Assembly: GCA_037134155.1 (NCBI GenBank)
Contig: JBAXMU010000002.1
Span: 23,848 to 87,847, forward strand
Source of the DNA: Actinomycetes bacterium
GTDB lineage: Bacteria; Actinomycetota; Actinomycetes; Nanopelagicales; Nanopelagicaceae
DNA: 64,000 nt
Direction of reading: 5' to 3'
Of the stretch, positions 18,050 through 28,266 are shown in pieces. Position numbers and translations under genes: made by a program. Within the stretch, counting starts at the first letter, position 1. Each line of letters starts with the position of its first letter. The notes below the pieces were generated by a model, which saw nothing but the letters and a program-made list of their open reading frames with translations, ran no database searches and was not told the DNA's origin.

Positions 18050-18337
18050 ATGCCAGCTTCATCAGATAGCCAGATCCCTTCGACCATCTCCAGCCTGCCC
18101 CTCGCTGACAACTCTGTCGAACTATCCTGGCAGGAGCGCGCTCTCTGCGCTCAGACTGACCCAGAAGCATTCTTTCCAGAAAAGGGTGGATCTACCCGCG
18201 AAGCTAAGAGAGTATGTCTCTCATGCGATGTCCGTTCCGAGTGCCTCGAATATGCCTTGGCTCATGATGAGCGCTTTGGCATCTGGGGTGGCCTCTCCGA
18301 GCGTGAGCGCCGTCGTCTTAAGCGCCGCAGCGCGTAA
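18050..18337 (+). CDS. whiB: WhiB-family transcriptional regulator (WhiB2-like by context)
   Basis: Four Cys (C..C..C..C pattern: ALCAQ, CLSCDVRSEC), the GIWGG turn and a basic tail RERRRLKRR. Confidence 0.9.
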   Translation: MPASSDSQIPSTISSLPLADNSVELSWQERALCAQTDPEAFFPEKGGSTREAKRVCLSCDVRSECLEYALAHDERFGIWGGLSERERRRLKRRSA

Positions 18338-18388
18338 TAAGCCAGCGTACGAATACCTCATTTGTAAAACGACGCTAGGAGCCGCGTA

Positions 18389-21300
18389 ATGGCGGATACA
18401 AATTTTGTTACAGCAGTTCTCGTTACTCACGATGGTGCGATCTGGTTGCCAGAAGTTATTGCATCCATTGGATCTCAATCTCGTGCTATAGATCGCATCG
18501 TTGCAGTAGATACTGCCTCGGTTGATACATCACAAAAATTATTAAAGTCTGCTGGCATCACCACTTTCCTTGAAGATCGGGAGATGGGTTATGGCGATGC
18601 GATCGAACATGCGCTCGCTCTCACACCAGCCATCGCAAGCCCTGAAGGTAATCAAAGCAATGAGTGGATCTGGCTCATTCATGATGATTGTGCGCCAGAT
18701 CGTGATGCGCTGAAGTTATTACTTGAAGCGGTAGAAGAGCGACCACAAGTTGCGATCGCTGGTCCAAAACTCCGCGACTGGTATGACCGAGATCGCTTAC
18801 TTGAAGTTGGTCTATCTATTGCTGGCAACGGTTCACGTTGGACCGGCCTTGAAGATAACGAGCAAGACCAGGGTCAACACGATTCGATCAAAGAAGTGAT
18901 GTCAGTAAGTACTGCCGGTGCATTGATCAGAAGAAGTGTCTTCGAAGAGCTCGGCGGCTTAGATATCAACCTGGCACTCTTCCGCGATGATGTAGATCTT
19001 GGATGGCGTGCACACGTAGCGGGATATCAAGTGATCTGCGTCGAGAAGGCAGTTGCATTCCACGCTGAAGCATCAGCGAGTGAGCGTCGACGAGTCGATG
19101 TCTCTGAAGCTTTCCTTCAGCGTCCACTTTTACTTGATCGTCGTAACGCTGCCTATGTGCTCTTAGTGAATTCAACCTGGTGGCTCCTTCCTTGGATCGC
19201 ACTTCAACTCTTGGTTACCAGTGTTGCTCGCGCCATCATCAATTTATTAGCTAAGTTGCCTGGCTATGCCGGTGATGAAATCGCAGCAGTAGCACTGCTT
19301 TTGGCCCATCCGGCCGAGCTCTTCCAGGCACGCCGGGCTCGAAAGAAGAAGCGGCTTCTGTCGGCGCGTGTGGTTTCACACTTCATTCCTTCAACCTGGA
19401 GCCAACTTCAGATTGCCTTTGAACGAGCGGGGTCTGCAATTGCTTCCTGGATTGCACCTGTTGTGGCACGCAGGGAAGAGCTTCGCGATGTAGAGGTTTC
19501 GCAGACTATCGCGAGTGAAAGTAGCGACGACTCCGATGAGATTGATTCACTACCTGTTGAAACTGGTTCGTTGTGGAAAGCCCTTATTCGCAAGCCACAA
19601 TTCCTGATTGCATTCGTTATCGCCGCGATCTCACTGATTGCATCTCGCGGCAGGTTTGGATCACTCTCTGGTGGCGCCCTCGCACTCTCGCAAGGTAGTG
19701 GCTTAGATCTGCTCCATCGCTACTCAGAGTCGTGGCACCTGGTTGGGCTGGGATCAGCTGCGCCGATGCCACCGTGGATTGCGTTTCTTGGAATATCTTC
19801 CATCCTGACTTTAGGAAACTTGCCGCTCTTAATCACCCTCATCTTCCTCTTTGCCCCGGCAATCTCATTCCTCGCGATTTATCGAGTCTTACTCCGCCAA
19901 GGGGTACAACGAAATTACGGATTAGTTGGCGCTGCTATTTATTCAGCCTCACCGCTCTTGTGGGCATGCATCAATCAAGGACGGCTTGGAACTCTCTTCG
20001 TCCTTCAACTTGCTCCTACGCTCTTGTCACTCAATCCATTCTCGCGCGAACGAGATCAGTCAACGTGGCGACGAATCTTTGCAATCTCGCTACTTGCAGG
20101 CGTGATCGGATCATTCTCGCCACTACTCTTAATAATCTGGAGTGCGATCCACCTCGTCATTCTTATCCAATCGTTGATCGAACGTCGCCACCAGATGCGC
20201 GAATTGGGATGGGTCAATGTGCTCTTCTCTGATCTGCTCGATGGCGCTAAACGAAGGTTGGCACTTTGCATTACCCCGCTTCTTCTTACCTTCCCTTGGT
20301 CGGCATCGCTACTCATTCACCCAACGCAGATTTTGCTCGAACCGGGTATCCCACTCTCCTCTGGTAGTCGGTTTGCCCTCTTACTCTTCAATCCAGGGGG
20401 AGTATCCGCGCCACCTATCTGGGTCGTTGCGCCATTTGTACTCATGCTTGCGATCACACTTCTTGTCGATCGGCTTCGCATCATTGGTCTCTTGGTCAGC
20501 GGAGTTGTCGCGACGGCGCTCGTCATCAGCCAGATCATCATCGTCGGCCATGGCAGTTCGGCTCGCGTTTGGAGTGGTCCACTTCTTGCGATTGCGATGA
20601 TCCTCTTGCTTGCACCTACTTTGATCTTTGCACAGGAGTATCTGCCGACACTTCCGGAACGTCGTGTCGGTCTTCGCCACTTCGGTTGGGCCGGAATGGC
20701 ACTTGTCGTAGCGTTCAATCTCATCGCGATGCCGATCTGGGCTGCTACCGGAGGAGCGAACTCGCTCGTCACATCTAAAGCAACCTCTAATCTCCCAGCT
20801 TTCGTCACAGCTCTAGAGCAGACACCAGCGCGACCTAAAACAGTTGTACTTCGTGCAACTGGCAAAGAGACCACATATTTCTTTACTCGAGGTGCTGGAA
20901 TCTATTTGGGTGATGCAGATGTTTCGATTGTTGTTCCCTCATCCATTAACCAAGCTATGAACGAGCTCGTCTCAGGAGCTGGTCTCACTTCTGCAAAGAC
21001 TCTCGGACTATATGGAGTGCAATATCTCTATCTTCAAAACCCAGCGCCGATTTCTGTAGTGCGGACAATCGATGGGGTAGGTGGCTTCTCGCGAATGTCT
21101 GCGACCACACGTGGAACACTTTGGCGAGTCGTAAAAAGTAGTCCTCGCGTTCTCTTCATTGGCGCAACCGGATCTCAAGTAGCGCTTGATTCTCATGATG
21201 TGAGTGCGAATTCCATGGTGCCATCTGCTGGCGTTGTTCAACTTGCGGAAAAATATGATCAGAGCTGGCGTCTCCTTCTGGATGGTCGCCCAATTCCGCT

Positions 21301-21490
21301 TGAGCGATCTGCAAACGATCTTCCAATCTTTACAATTCCGCAATCTGGAGAGGTAGCGCTCTCGCACGATGGAACCCTGCGTCGCGCGCTCATTTCGATC
21401 GAACTCATCACTCTGATCTTTGCCCTGGTTATGGCTCTTCCTGCTGGCCGCCGCCGCCGAGATATCGCGACCGCTGAGGTGGCCTCATGA
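18389..21490 (+). CDS. large membrane glycosyltransferase: N-terminal GT2 (GT-A) domain, polytopic membrane domain and C-terminal extracytoplasmic domain
   Basis: 1033 aa. VLVTHDG...AVDTAS..., HDDC, FRDDVDLGWR. More than 10 hydrophobic segments from about residue 250 to 790. Confidence 0.8.
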   Translation: MADTNFVTAVLVTHDGAIWLPEVIASIGSQSRAIDRIVAVDTASVDTSQKLLKSAGITTFLEDREMGYGDAIEHALALTPAIASPEGNQSNEWIWLIHDDCAPDRDALKLLLEAVEERPQVAIAGPKLRDWYDRDRLLEVGLSIAGNGSRWTGLEDNEQDQGQHDSIKEVMSVSTAGALIRRSVFEELGGLDINLALFRDDVDLGWRAHVAGYQVICVEKAVAFHAEASASERRRVDVSEAFLQRPLLLDRRNAAYVLLVNSTWWLLPWIALQLLVTSVARAIINLLAKLPGYAGDEIAAVALLLAHPAELFQARRARKKKRLLSARVVSHFIPSTWSQLQIAFERAGSAIASWIAPVVARREELRDVEVSQTIASESSDDSDEIDSLPVETGSLWKALIRKPQFLIAFVIAAISLIASRGRFGSLSGGALALSQGSGLDLLHRYSESWHLVGLGSAAPMPPWIAFLGISSILTLGNLPLLITLIFLFAPAISFLAIYRVLLRQGVQRNYGLVGAAIYSASPLLWACINQGRLGTLFVLQLAPTLLSLNPFSRERDQSTWRRIFAISLLAGVIGSFSPLLLIIWSAIHLVILIQSLIERRHQMRELGWVNVLFSDLLDGAKRRLALCITPLLLTFPWSASLLIHPTQILLEPGIPLSSGSRFALLLFNPGGVSAPPIWVVAPFVLMLAITLLVDRLRIIGLLVSGVVATALVISQIIIVGHGSSARVWSGPLLAIAMILLLAPTLIFAQEYLPTLPERRVGLRHFGWAGMALVVAFNLIAMPIWAATGGANSLVTSKATSNLPAFVTALEQTPARPKTVVLRATGKETTYFFTRGAGIYLGDADVSIVVPSSINQAMNELVSGAGLTSAKTLGLYGVQYLYLQNPAPISVVRTIDGVGGFSRMSATTRGTLWRVVKSSPRVLFIGATGSQVALDSHDVSANSMVPSAGVVQLAEKYDQSWRLLLDGRPIPLERSANDLPIFTIPQSGEVALSHDGTLRRALISIELITLIFALVMALPAGRRRRDIATAEVAS

Positions 21491-22794
21491 TCATGAGATT
21501 GAAGGGGCGAGAGCGAGCCATTGCAGCCTTGGTGTTAATTGGCCTTGGGATAGGAGTTTCCTACATCATTCCATCCGAGCAACGAATCGCCTCAGTCGCG
21601 ACCAGCTATCCAGCGCAAATCTGTCCAGCATTTTCTAGCGCTGGCAGCACCACCGCCTCACTTCCAGCAAAGAAGTTAGGCATCCGCTTTGTAGATGGCA
21701 AGAGCGCTACCTTTAAACGTACAGCACTCTCGCAAATCTCATTAGGTAGAAGTGGATTGCTCATTGATAGCAATCCCGGCAGTTCACTGATCTTTTCAAA
21801 TCTTGCATCATCTGGAATTGCGGCAACAACATGTGGTGCTGGTAACCCGGATGAGTGGTTCATTGGCGGATCCGGTGGACTTACAAGTAAAGGTCATCTT
21901 GGTTTAGTAAATTCCGGACTTGGTGAATCGATCGTCGACATCTTCCCATTCACATCAAAGCAGCCACTTGCAAAGGTCTCGGTAAAAGTTAAAGCTAACT
22001 CTTCTGTGACCCTTGCTCTGGACGCACTTGCTCCCGGCGAAGATTCCATGGCTATCCATGTGGTGACTCGCACTGGCCGAGTTTCAGCTTTCGTTTTAGA
22101 TCAGAGAGCAAAAGGACTTTCACAACTCGGCTTAGATTATGTGAAGCCAAGTGCGAATGCGCAGACCCACCTCGTTATCTCTGGCCTCTATCCACATACA
22201 AGCAGTAAGAGCAAGATCGCCTCCGCACTGCGATTACTCGCCCCGGGTTCCCTCGATGCGAGCGTTCATGTGCAGGTGGTCTCGGGTGATGGCAGCTTTG
22301 TTCCAGTTGGGTTTGATGGCTATCAACTTCACCATGGATCTGTTGTGACAATTCCACTTGCCAATCTCACGACGAGTTCGGCTTTTGGATTGATCATTGA
22401 TTCAGACCAGCCGATCCTTGCCAGTGCCCTCACGGTGACTGGCTCTCATGACTTTGCCTGGGCTGCCCCGGCTCCGCCACTCACCAAGAGCTCGATGAAC
22501 TTCTCGGGCAACTTGCCGACCCTCGTCTTTGTCGGAAAGTCCATCTCGGTCCAGGTAAGTGGCCGTTTTGTGACCGGAAAGAGTTTTAACCAAACCGTCA
22601 GCGGAAGTGATTTCGTTGCGTGGGCACCCAAGTACGGTGTGACTTCCATTCAACTTTCCCCGCTATCTGACTCACGAGTCTTTGCTGGGGCGATCTTCAC
22701 AGGGGGCGGGTTGACCTATCTGCCGATAGCTCAAGATGCCGTAATGACGAACACGACTCTGCCCTTCAACGATGTTCACACTCTGACCCACTAG
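21487..22794 (+). CDS. membrane-anchored hypothetical protein (DUF5719-like by context)
   Basis: ATGA overlap with the glycosyltransferase gene. N-terminal TM anchor and a Ser/Gly/Val-rich beta-type body. The family call is from memory of the neighbourhood only. Confidence 0.45.
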   Translation: MIMRLKGRERAIAALVLIGLGIGVSYIIPSEQRIASVATSYPAQICPAFSSAGSTTASLPAKKLGIRFVDGKSATFKRTALSQISLGRSGLLIDSNPGSSLIFSNLASSGIAATTCGAGNPDEWFIGGSGGLTSKGHLGLVNSGLGESIVDIFPFTSKQPLAKVSVKVKANSSVTLALDALAPGEDSMAIHVVTRTGRVSAFVLDQRAKGLSQLGLDYVKPSANAQTHLVISGLYPHTSSKSKIASALRLLAPGSLDASVHVQVVSGDGSFVPVGFDGYQLHHGSVVTIPLANLTTSSAFGLIIDSDQPILASALTVTGSHDFAWAAPAPPLTKSSMNFSGNLPTLVFVGKSISVQVSGRFVTGKSFNQTVSGSDFVAWAPKYGVTSIQLSPLSDSRVFAGAIFTGGGLTYLPIAQDAVMTNTTLPFNDVHTLTH

Positions 22795-22804
22795 ATTTAA
22801 AACT

Positions 22805-23194
22805 ATGAATCGCAGTCAACCAGTTCGTCGCGGAGCTCGCGGCTGCTCTCGTGCCAGCTGTCGCAAGCCAGCGCTGCGAACTCTGACTTATATCTACGCA
22901 GACTCTTCTGCGATTCTCGGAGAGCTCGCCACCTTTGCTGAACCTCATGCCTACGACCTCTGTGGTGAACACTCTGAAAAGCTCACACTTCCGCATGGTT
23001 GGACTTTGATTAAAGAGGAGTCAGTGAACTCCGAAGCAGGCCCGAACTCTGATGACATTATGGCGATCGCTGATGCGGTACGAGAAGCTGGCGCGGCACG
23101 AAACCAGACTGTGCAACCTCAACCTGTAGCAACAGCATTGAGCGCGCAAGAGATTGGCCGTCGCGGCCACCTTCGCTCAATTCCCTCAAATTAA
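22805..23194 (+). CDS. DUF3499 family protein (Rv3258c-like)
   Basis: C..ASC..PA..TLTY.Y......LG.L......H.YDLC..H...L..P.GW pattern, immediately upstream of the phosphomannomutase gene. Confidence 0.7.
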   Translation: MNRSQPVRRGARGCSRASCRKPALRTLTYIYADSSAILGELATFAEPHAYDLCGEHSEKLTLPHGWTLIKEESVNSEAGPNSDDIMAIADAVREAGAARNQTVQPQPVATALSAQEIGRRGHLRSIPSN

Positions 23195-23215
23195 CTAAGT
23201 CGATAGATTACGACT

Positions 23216-24580
23216 ATGTTCACAGCCGAAGAACTTGATGCCATCATCAAGGCCTATGACATTCGCGGACTCGTCGATGGTCAAGTAACAGAGGATTTCG
23301 CCTTTGCACTCGGTTGCGCCTATGCAAAATTTTTAGAAGAAGAGCGCGAACCTTCTACTGTTGTGGTTGGCGAAGATATGCGCCCAAGTTCGCCATTGCT
23401 TGCCGAAGCCTTCGCTGACGGCATTACCTCACAGGGTTTTGATGTCATCCGAATCGGATTAGCCTCAACTGACATGCTCTACTTCGCTGCAGGTAAGTTA
23501 AACCTGCCAGGTGCGATGTTTACCGCTAGCCATAACCCAGCTGAATACAATGGCATTAAGCTCTGCAAGAGTGGTGCTCGGCCGATCGGTAAAGAGTCTG
23601 GCTTGCTCCGCATTCGCGACCTTATTCTCCATGGTGTACCTATGGCGATGCGAGCACCAGGTGTATCGCACGATCGCCCAATGCTCGATGAGTACGTAGA
23701 TTTCTTGCTCTCACTCTTTGACGCAGCAACGACAGCTGGATCGCGCCAGCTTAAGGTCGTTATTGATGCTGGAAATGGCATGGCTGGATTTACTGCACCA
23801 GCAGTAATGGCCCGACTCAATGTGGATCTCACATCGATGTACTTTGAATTAGACGGCACCTTTCCCAATCACGAAGCGAATCCCATTGAGCCGGCAAATC
23901 TTGTTGATCTGCAGAAGCGGGTACGTACCCAAAAGGCTGATATTGGTCTCGCCTTCGACGGCGATGCGGACCGTTGCTTCTTGGTAGATGAGAATGGTGA
24001 CCTCGTCAATCCTTCAACTCTCACTGCACTGATTGCGGTCCGTGAGTTGAAACGCAAGCCGGGATCAAGCATCATTTATAACTTGATTAGTTCGAAGGCT
24101 GTCCGTGAGATCGTGGAAGAGAATGGCGGCACCGCAATTCGGTCACGCGTTGGTCACTCTTACATCAAGAAGTTGATGGCCGAGAGCGGCGCGATCTTTG
24201 GCGGCGAACACTCCGGCCACTTCTACTTTGGTGATTTTTGGCGCGCAGATTCTGGAATGCTCGCTGCACTCTTTGCGCTCTCAGAGTTAGCCGCCTCAGA
24301 CCTTCCACTTTCACAGCTCTTAGCGCCATACAACCGTTATGTCGCAAGTGGTGAGATCAATACCAAGGTCGCCAACACAGCGGCCTCCCTCGAACTCGTG
24401 AAGAACGCCTTTGAAGCCGATTATGAGATTGATGACCTCGACGGCTATACCGTTACCGGCCCCGACTGGTGGTTTAACGTGCGAGGCTCAAATACCGAGC
24501 CGCTTCTCAGGCTCAACGTTGAGGCTTCCAGCCAAGCCGAGATGGAGCGCGTGCGCGATCAGGTCCTCGCACTCATTTAG
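23216..24580 (+). CDS. manB: phosphomannomutase/phosphoglucomutase
   Basis: TASHNPAEYNGIK phosphoserine loop and DGDADR metal loop. 454 aa. Confidence 0.85.
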   Translation: MFTAEELDAIIKAYDIRGLVDGQVTEDFAFALGCAYAKFLEEEREPSTVVVGEDMRPSSPLLAEAFADGITSQGFDVIRIGLASTDMLYFAAGKLNLPGAMFTASHNPAEYNGIKLCKSGARPIGKESGLLRIRDLILHGVPMAMRAPGVSHDRPMLDEYVDFLLSLFDAATTAGSRQLKVVIDAGNGMAGFTAPAVMARLNVDLTSMYFELDGTFPNHEANPIEPANLVDLQKRVRTQKADIGLAFDGDADRCFLVDENGDLVNPSTLTALIAVRELKRKPGSSIIYNLISSKAVREIVEENGGTAIRSRVGHSYIKKLMAESGAIFGGEHSGHFYFGDFWRADSGMLAALFALSELAASDLPLSQLLAPYNRYVASGEINTKVANTAASLELVKNAFEADYEIDDLDGYTVTGPDWWFNVRGSNTEPLLRLNVEASSQAEMERVRDQVLALI

Positions 24581-24685
24581 GGCTCAACTAGCCCCAATCA
24601 GGTAATCTTTACCCATCTAGTGAGGCCTCACGAAGAAGACTTTTCGTCGCTTACACCTATTACCAAATGAGTTTTATAAACCAGA

Positions 24686-25978
24686 ATGAGGAGCACAGCC
24701 GTGACCGTAGAGACAAAGATTCGCAGCGAGATTGCTAATCCAGCACTTGCCGCCGAAGGTAAGAAGCGCATTGAGTGGGCCGGACGCAGCATGCCGGTAC
24801 TTGCACAGATCCGTGAACGTTTTGAACGCGAAAAGCCATTCACTGGCACTCGCATCGCTGCATGTATGCACGTCACAACAGAGACAGCGAACTTGATGCT
24901 CGCACTCAAGGCTGGCGGAGCTGAGATCGCACTTTGTGCATCAAACCCACTTTCAACACAGGATGACACAGCAGCAGCACTCGTCCACGAGTACGGCATT
25001 AGCGTCTTCGCTCGTAACGCCGTCGATCGTGATGGTTACTACTCACATCTCAACGCCGCACTCGATATCAAGCCAGATTTCGTCTTCGATGATGGTTGCG
25101 ATCTCGTCAACACATTGCATACAACTCGTACCGAACTCCTCGCCGGCATTCAGGGTGGTTGCGAAGAGACCACAACCGGTGTTATCCGTCTTTCACAGAT
25201 GGCAAAGGATGGCGCGCTTAAGTTCCCAATGATCGCTGTTAACGACACCGATACCAAGCATATGTTTGATAACCGTTTTGGAACTGGCCAATCAACATGG
25301 GATGCGATCTTCCGCGCAACCAACTCATTGATCGCTGGTTCAACTGTTGTTGTCTGCGGCTTTGGCTATTGCGGTAAGGGTGTAGCAGAGCGTGCCAAGG
25401 GTATGGGCGCAGATGTCATCATTACTGAGATTGATCCAACAAAGGCACTCGATGCCTTGATGCAGGGATACCGCGTCATGCCAAGTATCGATGCAGCAAA
25501 GATTGGCGACTTCTTCGTCACTGTTACAGGTAACCGCGATGTTCTTCGTGACGAGCACTTTGCTGTTATGAAGGATGGCGCAATTCTCGCTAACTCTGGC
25601 CACTTCGATGTTGAAATCGACGTTGCCTGGCTCGAGCAGAATGCCAAGCAGAAGAATGAGAAGATCCGCCACCAGACAGATGAGTATGTTCTCTCTGATG
25701 GCCGTCGCATCCTTCTTGTTGCAGAAGGTCGCTTAGTTAACCTCGGCGCTGCAGAAGGCCACCCAGCATCTGTCATGGATATGTCATTCTCTGATCAGGC
25801 TCTTACCGCTGAATGGTTGCTCAAGGCTGCAAAGGGCCTTGGCGCAGGACTTCATGAAGTTCCTACTGTCATTGATAAGGAAGTTGCTCGACTCAAGCTC
25901 GCCAGCATGGGCGCTGCTATCGACACACTTACCCCAGCACAAGAGCTCTACCTCAACTCTTGGGAGCAAGGTTCCTAA
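24686..25978 (+). CDS. ahcY: adenosylhomocysteinase (short form, about 425 aa)
   Basis: [34 protein letters not shown] motif. An in-frame GTG at 24701, preceded by GAGGAG (24688..24693), is a plausible true start. Confidence 0.9.
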   Translation: MRSTAVTVETKIRSEIANPALAAEGKKRIEWAGRSMPVLAQIRERFEREKPFTGTRIAACMHVTTETANLMLALKAGGAEIALCASNPLSTQDDTAAALVHEYGISVFARNAVDRDGYYSHLNAALDIKPDFVFDDGCDLVNTLHTTRTELLAGIQGGCEETTTGVIRLSQMAKDGALKFPMIAVNDTDTKHMFDNRFGTGQSTWDAIFRATNSLIAGSTVVVCGFGYCGKGVAERAKGMGADVIITEIDPTKALDALMQGYRVMPSIDAAKIGDFFVTVTGNRDVLRDEHFAVMKDGAILANSGHFDVEIDVAWLEQNAKQKNEKIRHQTDEYVLSDGRRILLVAEGRLVNLGAAEGHPASVMDMSFSDQALTAEWLLKAAKGLGAGLHEVPTVIDKEVARLKLASMGAAIDTLTPAQELYLNSWEQGS

Positions 25979-26659
25979 ATGACCCTCATCATGGTTGTTG
26001 ATGACGATCAAGATCTAGCAGAGATGTTGGGCATTGTGCTCAACGGTGCTGGCTATGAAGTCGACCTCATTAATCATGGCGATCAAGCGCTTGAAGGTTT
26101 CCGAACCAATAAGCCTGATCTTGTTTTATTAGATGTGATGCTGCCCGGAATTGATGGCATTGAAATTTGTCGTCAGATTCGGGCAGAGTCCATGGTTCCA
26201 ATCGTGATGCTCACCGCAAAGAGTGATTCACATGAAGTAGTCCAGGGACTTGAAGCTGGCGCTGATGATTACATGGTGAAGCCATTTAAGAGTTCAGAAC
26301 TTGTCGCAAGACTGAAGGTACGCCTACGTCGTACTCCTGGTGATGGAGCGAACTCACTTCGTATCGGCGATATCTCGATCGATCAAGTTGCACACTCTCT
26401 CAATCGCAACGGTGAATCTATCCCGCTCACACGTCTTGAATTTGATCTGCTCGTTGCACTAGCGAAGGAGCCAGGTCGCGTCTTTACGCGCGATGCGCTC
26501 TTGAGCGAAGTCTGGGGTTATCAGCACGCGACCGATACCAGACTTGTGAATGTCCATATCCAGCGTCTGCGCTCAAAAATTGAACGCGACCCCGATAATC
26601 CTGAACTCATTCAAACGGTACGTGGTGTGGGGTACAAGGCTGGCTCTGCCAAGCAATGA
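25979..26659 (+). CDS. mtrA: OmpR-family response regulator MtrA
   Basis: Receiver domain (DDD, LLDVMLPG, K at MVKPF) plus a winged-helix C-terminus. The ATG abuts the ahcY TAA. Followed by the mtrB-type kinase gene. Confidence 0.85.
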   Translation: MTLIMVVDDDQDLAEMLGIVLNGAGYEVDLINHGDQALEGFRTNKPDLVLLDVMLPGIDGIEICRQIRAESMVPIVMLTAKSDSHEVVQGLEAGADDYMVKPFKSSELVARLKVRLRRTPGDGANSLRIGDISIDQVAHSLNRNGESIPLTRLEFDLLVALAKEPGRVFTRDALLSEVWGYQHATDTRLVNVHIQRLRSKIERDPDNPELIQTVRGVGYKAGSAKQ

Positions 26660-26666
26660 GCCTTAA

Positions 26667-28247
26667 GTGAGTCGCTTTTTAAGGCGTTGGCGTAGATCGA
26701 TCCTGCTGCAGGTCACATCCCTTTCGATCGCCGTTTCGCTCATCGTTATCGCAACGGTTGGAACCCTTCTTTACACAAAGATCGCTGCTGGCGTTTATCA
26801 GGAGAAGAACAGCGCTGCGATTTCAGAGGCACAATCCCTTGCCGATTACACACAGGCCCAACTCGATGCCACCCGCTATCGAACTGATATCTTGTTGCAG
26901 ACAGTCATCGACAACATCTTCAGAGCTCGGCAAGTTAGCCCGACGACATCGGTGCGTGAGACGATCATGCTTGCGACTCCCGCAACTGCGAAGATTTCGA
27001 AGAGGTATCAGGGCTCCTCAAATGACGTCTTACTCTCAACAATTCCTGAATCGCTAAGAGCCGATGTTCGAAAGAACTTTTACTCACAATCGATGCGTGT
27101 GCAAATTCGCTATGCGAAGGGCTCCCGAGCCCCCATTGATGCCATTGCAGTCGGTCGCGTACTCGGTATTCCATCTAGCTCGATTTATGAGATCTATTAC
27201 CTCTTTCCACTTACCCAACAGAGTCAACTGATTGATCTGATCCGAGGCTGGATGCTTGGTACCGGAGCAGCGCTCGTTCTCTTGATCGCCCTTATTACTT
27301 GGTATGTGATTAGACGAGTCGTACTTCCGGTACGTGAAGTGGCACAGATTGCGGAGCAGTTGACTGAAGGTGATCTCAGTAGGCGTCTCTTGATACGCGG
27401 TGAAGATGAGATGGGGCGCCTAGCAATCTCCTTTAATGAGATGGCGCTCTCGATGCAGCAGCAGATCTCTCGACTCGAGAATCTCTCCAGACTTCAACAG
27501 AGATTTGTATCGGATGTCTCCCATGAATTACGCACTCCTTTAACAACGATTCGTATGGCTTCGCAATTGCTCTACGAAGCTCGCTCTAAGCTCGATCCTG
27601 CGGCCTCACGTAGTGCCGAGCTATTGGTTTCACAGATCGAACGCTTTGAGACCCTGCTAAGCGACCTACTGGAAGTTAGCCGCTTCGATGCTAGAGCAGC
27701 GATCCTTGAGACAAAAGATATTGATCTCAAGCCGCTGGTTCTTAATGTGGTGGATCAACTACAGGCTAATCAAGTGCCACACTTCAGCTTTATTGCTCCA
27801 GATAACGAGTATCGGGCGCTGGTCGATGACCGTCGAATTGAGCGAATTATCCGCAACCTGCTCTCCAATGCCATGGACCATAGCGAGGGCAAGGGCGTTG
27901 TCGTGAGCATTGCTCAGACCGAACACGTTGTGGCGATTGGCGTGAGAGATCATGGAATTGGCTTTAATGAACGCGAATCCGAGCGACTCTTCGATCGATT
28001 CTGGCGCGCAGATCCATCGCGTTCGCGTGTCCGTGGTGGCACCGGATTAGGTCTTGCGATTGCACTTGATGATGCGAAGCTGCATCAAGGTTCGTTGAAG
28101 GCTTGGGGGCGACCTGGGCACGGAGCAAACTTTGTCGTAACTCTTCCGAAGAGCCCTGGTATTCCAATGGACTCTGAACCGCTTGATATCTTTCCCAGCG
28201 ATCAACCATCAACAATCCTCGCTGACTTCGATAGCGACGATATTTAA
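26667..28247 (+). CDS. mtrB: sensor histidine kinase MtrB
   Basis: GTG start. Two TM segments flank an extracytoplasmic loop, then HAMP, the H-box SHELRTPLT, and N/G boxes (NLLSNA, GTGLGLAI). Confidence 0.8.
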   Translation: MSRFLRRWRRSILLQVTSLSIAVSLIVIATVGTLLYTKIAAGVYQEKNSAAISEAQSLADYTQAQLDATRYRTDILLQTVIDNIFRARQVSPTTSVRETIMLATPATAKISKRYQGSSNDVLLSTIPESLRADVRKNFYSQSMRVQIRYAKGSRAPIDAIAVGRVLGIPSSSIYEIYYLFPLTQQSQLIDLIRGWMLGTGAALVLLIALITWYVIRRVVLPVREVAQIAEQLTEGDLSRRLLIRGEDEMGRLAISFNEMALSMQQQISRLENLSRLQQRFVSDVSHELRTPLTTIRMASQLLYEARSKLDPAASRSAELLVSQIERFETLLSDLLEVSRFDARAAILETKDIDLKPLVLNVVDQLQANQVPHFSFIAPDNEYRALVDDRRIERIIRNLLSNAMDHSEGKGVVVSIAQTEHVVAIGVRDHGIGFNERESERLFDRFWRADPSRSRVRGGTGLGLAIALDDAKLHQGSLKAWGRPGHGANFVVTLPKSPGIPMDSEPLDIFPSDQPSTILADFDSDDI

Positions 28248-28266
28248 TCTCTGATATTTAGAGGGT

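Noticed and set aside
20317-20874. Long antisense ORFs inside confirmed genes. Examples: 20317..20874, 3581..3994, 25366..25776, 47064..47516, 59202..59642, 8147..8635.
   Set aside because: They are shadow frames opposite genes with strong motif support. Their products are Arg/Ser/Pro-rich with no recognisable motifs or ribosome-binding sites.
24581-24700. Possible SAH or SAM riboswitch in the spacer upstream of ahcY.
   Set aside because: I could not find the conserved cores of the SAH or SAM-IV elements. Only a short palindrome and weak 5-bp stems are present. A covariance-model scan would be decisive.
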